64,000 nt of DNA. It comes from Camelus ferus. Taxonomy: Eukaryota. Position 1 is the stretch's first letter, and the number at the start of each line of letters is the position of its first letter. The notes beneath the pieces are model-generated. The model did no database searches and was not told the origin of the DNA. It saw nothing but the letters and a program-made list of their open reading frames with translations. Made by a program: the position numbers and the translations under genes. Shown one piece after another: positions 62,170 through 64,000 of the stretch. The stretch covers positions 19,096,001-19,160,000 of the forward strand of contig NC_045729.1 of assembly GCF_009834535.1 (NCBI RefSeq). Reading direction: 5' to 3'.

Positions 62170-63905
62170 TGTGTGTCTCTTACCGGTTTTTGATCCACAG
62201 ATTTCTCCTTTCATCCCTTTTTTCCTCCCTTGCAATTTATTTATTGAAGAAACCAGGTCGTTTCTCCATAGTTTGGGTTTTGCTACTTATGTTCTCCTGA
62301 AGTTTCACACATACCTCCTGTTCCTCTGTTCTCTGAATTTACTGTAAATTAGTGGCTTGATCTGAAGTCTTGATTAACTTCAGGTTAGATGAGGGAGGTT
62401 GTCTTTGTGTGTGTGATGTTAGTGGCTGTTAATTAATTATAGATTGAAAAATATTACTATATCATTCCTTCTTCATTTACTAGCTGGCATACTTCTATAG
62501 AGAGATTCTGCCTCTTACAAACTATTTTGCTAGCCAGTGGTACAACTTATATCGAAAAGGTTGGATAATTGCTTGATTTGTTCTTTTATTGAGCATTTTT
62601 CAAAATAACAGATTGTTTCATATCCTTCAATGACGATCACTTGTTTTTTTTAAGAATCTTGAATGCAGAGACTTAAATGTAATTGGTGTTTTTCAATCCA
62701 TTGCAATTATTACCTTTATTAATGTACAAAATGCCCCACCTTTAGACAGAAGGAGCCCTTTCAGATCGGCTCCTGCGACTTGTTGGCACCAGCCTAATTG
62801 TGATGTTGTGATTTATGAGAAATATATATTTGGTCATCTCATACATATATTTTAGGACTTTGTCTGCAGTTCTTGGCTCACAGCACCCAAAACCCTTGGA
62901 ATTCCTTGAGCAATAGAGCAGTGAGAGTGTCACTTCCCTTAATATGTTGTCCTCAGTTCCTGAATCACTTCAAAGTCATAAAGGTGAAATGGGTGTCTTG
63001 TTACTCATAACAAGACCCTTTCCACCACAACAGGGTTTATGTTAATGAGGTGACTTTTAGAAGGCACTTTGGGATGAGCTCAGGCTGGTGGCCAGTGAAC
63101 CCACCCATGTGATTGGACCGTCAGGATTCTCAGTCCCACCACCAGACCTCCAAATTGGTGAGAGGGGCTGGAATTTGAATTGCTCATCAATGGTCAATGA
63201 TTTAGTCAATCATGCCTAGTTAATGAAGCCTCCTTAAAACCCCAAAGAACAGGGTTCAGAGAGCTTCTGGCTGGTGAGCACGTGGAGCAGCTGGGAGAGT
63301 GCTCATCCCTGAGGGCGCAGAAGCCCCGCAGCCCTTCCCACACTCCTACCCTGTGCAGCTCTTCATCCGGCTGTTCCTGAGCTACATCCTTTTACAACAA
63401 ACTGGTGACACAGCAGGTCAGATGTTTTCCTGAATTCCGTGAGCTGCTCTAGCAAATGAATCAAACCTGAGCAGGGAACCTCTGATTTATAGCCAGTTGG
63501 TCAGAGTCCAGGTAACAACCTGGCCTTGTGACTGGCATCTGAAGGGGGTGGGCAGGGACAGCCTTGTAAGACTGATCCCTTAACCTGTGGAATCCAATGC
63601 TGTCTCCAGGTGGGTAATGTCAGCATTGAGCTAAATTTAGGACACCCAACTGGTGTTCCAGAAGTGCTTGGAGTTGTGGGGGGTGAAACCCCCTCTCCGC
63701 GTTGGAAATTGAGCGCTCAGATCATCAAAAGATGAATAATCTTTGATTAGATTCTCTGCTGTCATAGTGGCAGTATATTCCAGGCTCATGTTATATATTT
63801 CTGGCCCTAGACCTGGAACCAACAATTTCTCTAAGGAGTCTTTTTTTTTTTTTTTTTTAAGTGGAAAATGGCATTTGGAGACCAAAATCTGGGTGCTAGA
63901 GGTAG
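62170..63905 (-). mobile_element. L1MC4-like 3' relic flanking the LTR
   Basis: ccaggctcatgttatatatttctggccctagacctggaacc...gagaccaaaatctgggtgctag; also 62170-62798. Confidence 0.55.
62799..63720 (+). mobile_element. MER21-family solo LTR
   Basis: tgtgatgttgtgatttat...aaaacccttggaattcct...ttaatgaggtgact...caatcatgcct...gtgagctgctctagcaaa...ggacacccaactggtgt. Confidence 0.75.
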
Positions 63906-64000
63906 ATATCATTTTAAAACTTAAAAAAATAAACAGCTTTGTTGAGGTATACTATACCTACCATAAAATTCACCCACTTTAAGTGTACAATTTAATGATT
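63906..64000 (-). mobile_element. L1M 3' end, runs off the window
   Basis: aacagctttgttgaggtata...aaattcacccactttaagtgtacaatttaatgatt. Confidence 0.7.

Noticed and set aside
52400-64000. DDX11 or another protein-coding gene beyond FKBP4
   Set aside because: No exon with recognisable homology found on either strand

Overview
Mammalian genomic DNA, most likely a camelid: it carries about eight copies of the tRNA-derived Vic-1-type SINE described in Camelidae. The window holds the conserved FOXM1-TEX52-NRIP2-ITFG2-FKBP4 gene block, in the opposite orientation to human 12p13.33. FOXM1 (coding exons only, non-coding exon 1 is outside the window), TEX52 and NRIP2 are on +; ITFG2 and FKBP4 are on -. 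All coding exons were traced by hand with splice sites and phases. The rest is introns and intergenic DNA with SINE, L1, L2, MIR, hAT/Tigger and LTR relics, four CpG islands and a 220-N gap. I see no evidence of a wholly new gene system. The best leads are: (1) an apparent 1-nt frameshift in the FOXM1 last exon, probably an assembly error; (2) a uORF whose stop overlaps the FOXM1 start (TAATG); (3) a CpG island over TEX52 exon 2 with a candidate alternative first exon; (4) transposon-supplied polyA signals in NRIP2 and ITFG2; (5) an inverted SINE pair in FKBP4 intron 9; (6) an orphan CpG island about 5 kb upstream of FKBP4. Comparisons with human orthologues and repeat consensus sequences are from memory, not from computed alignments.
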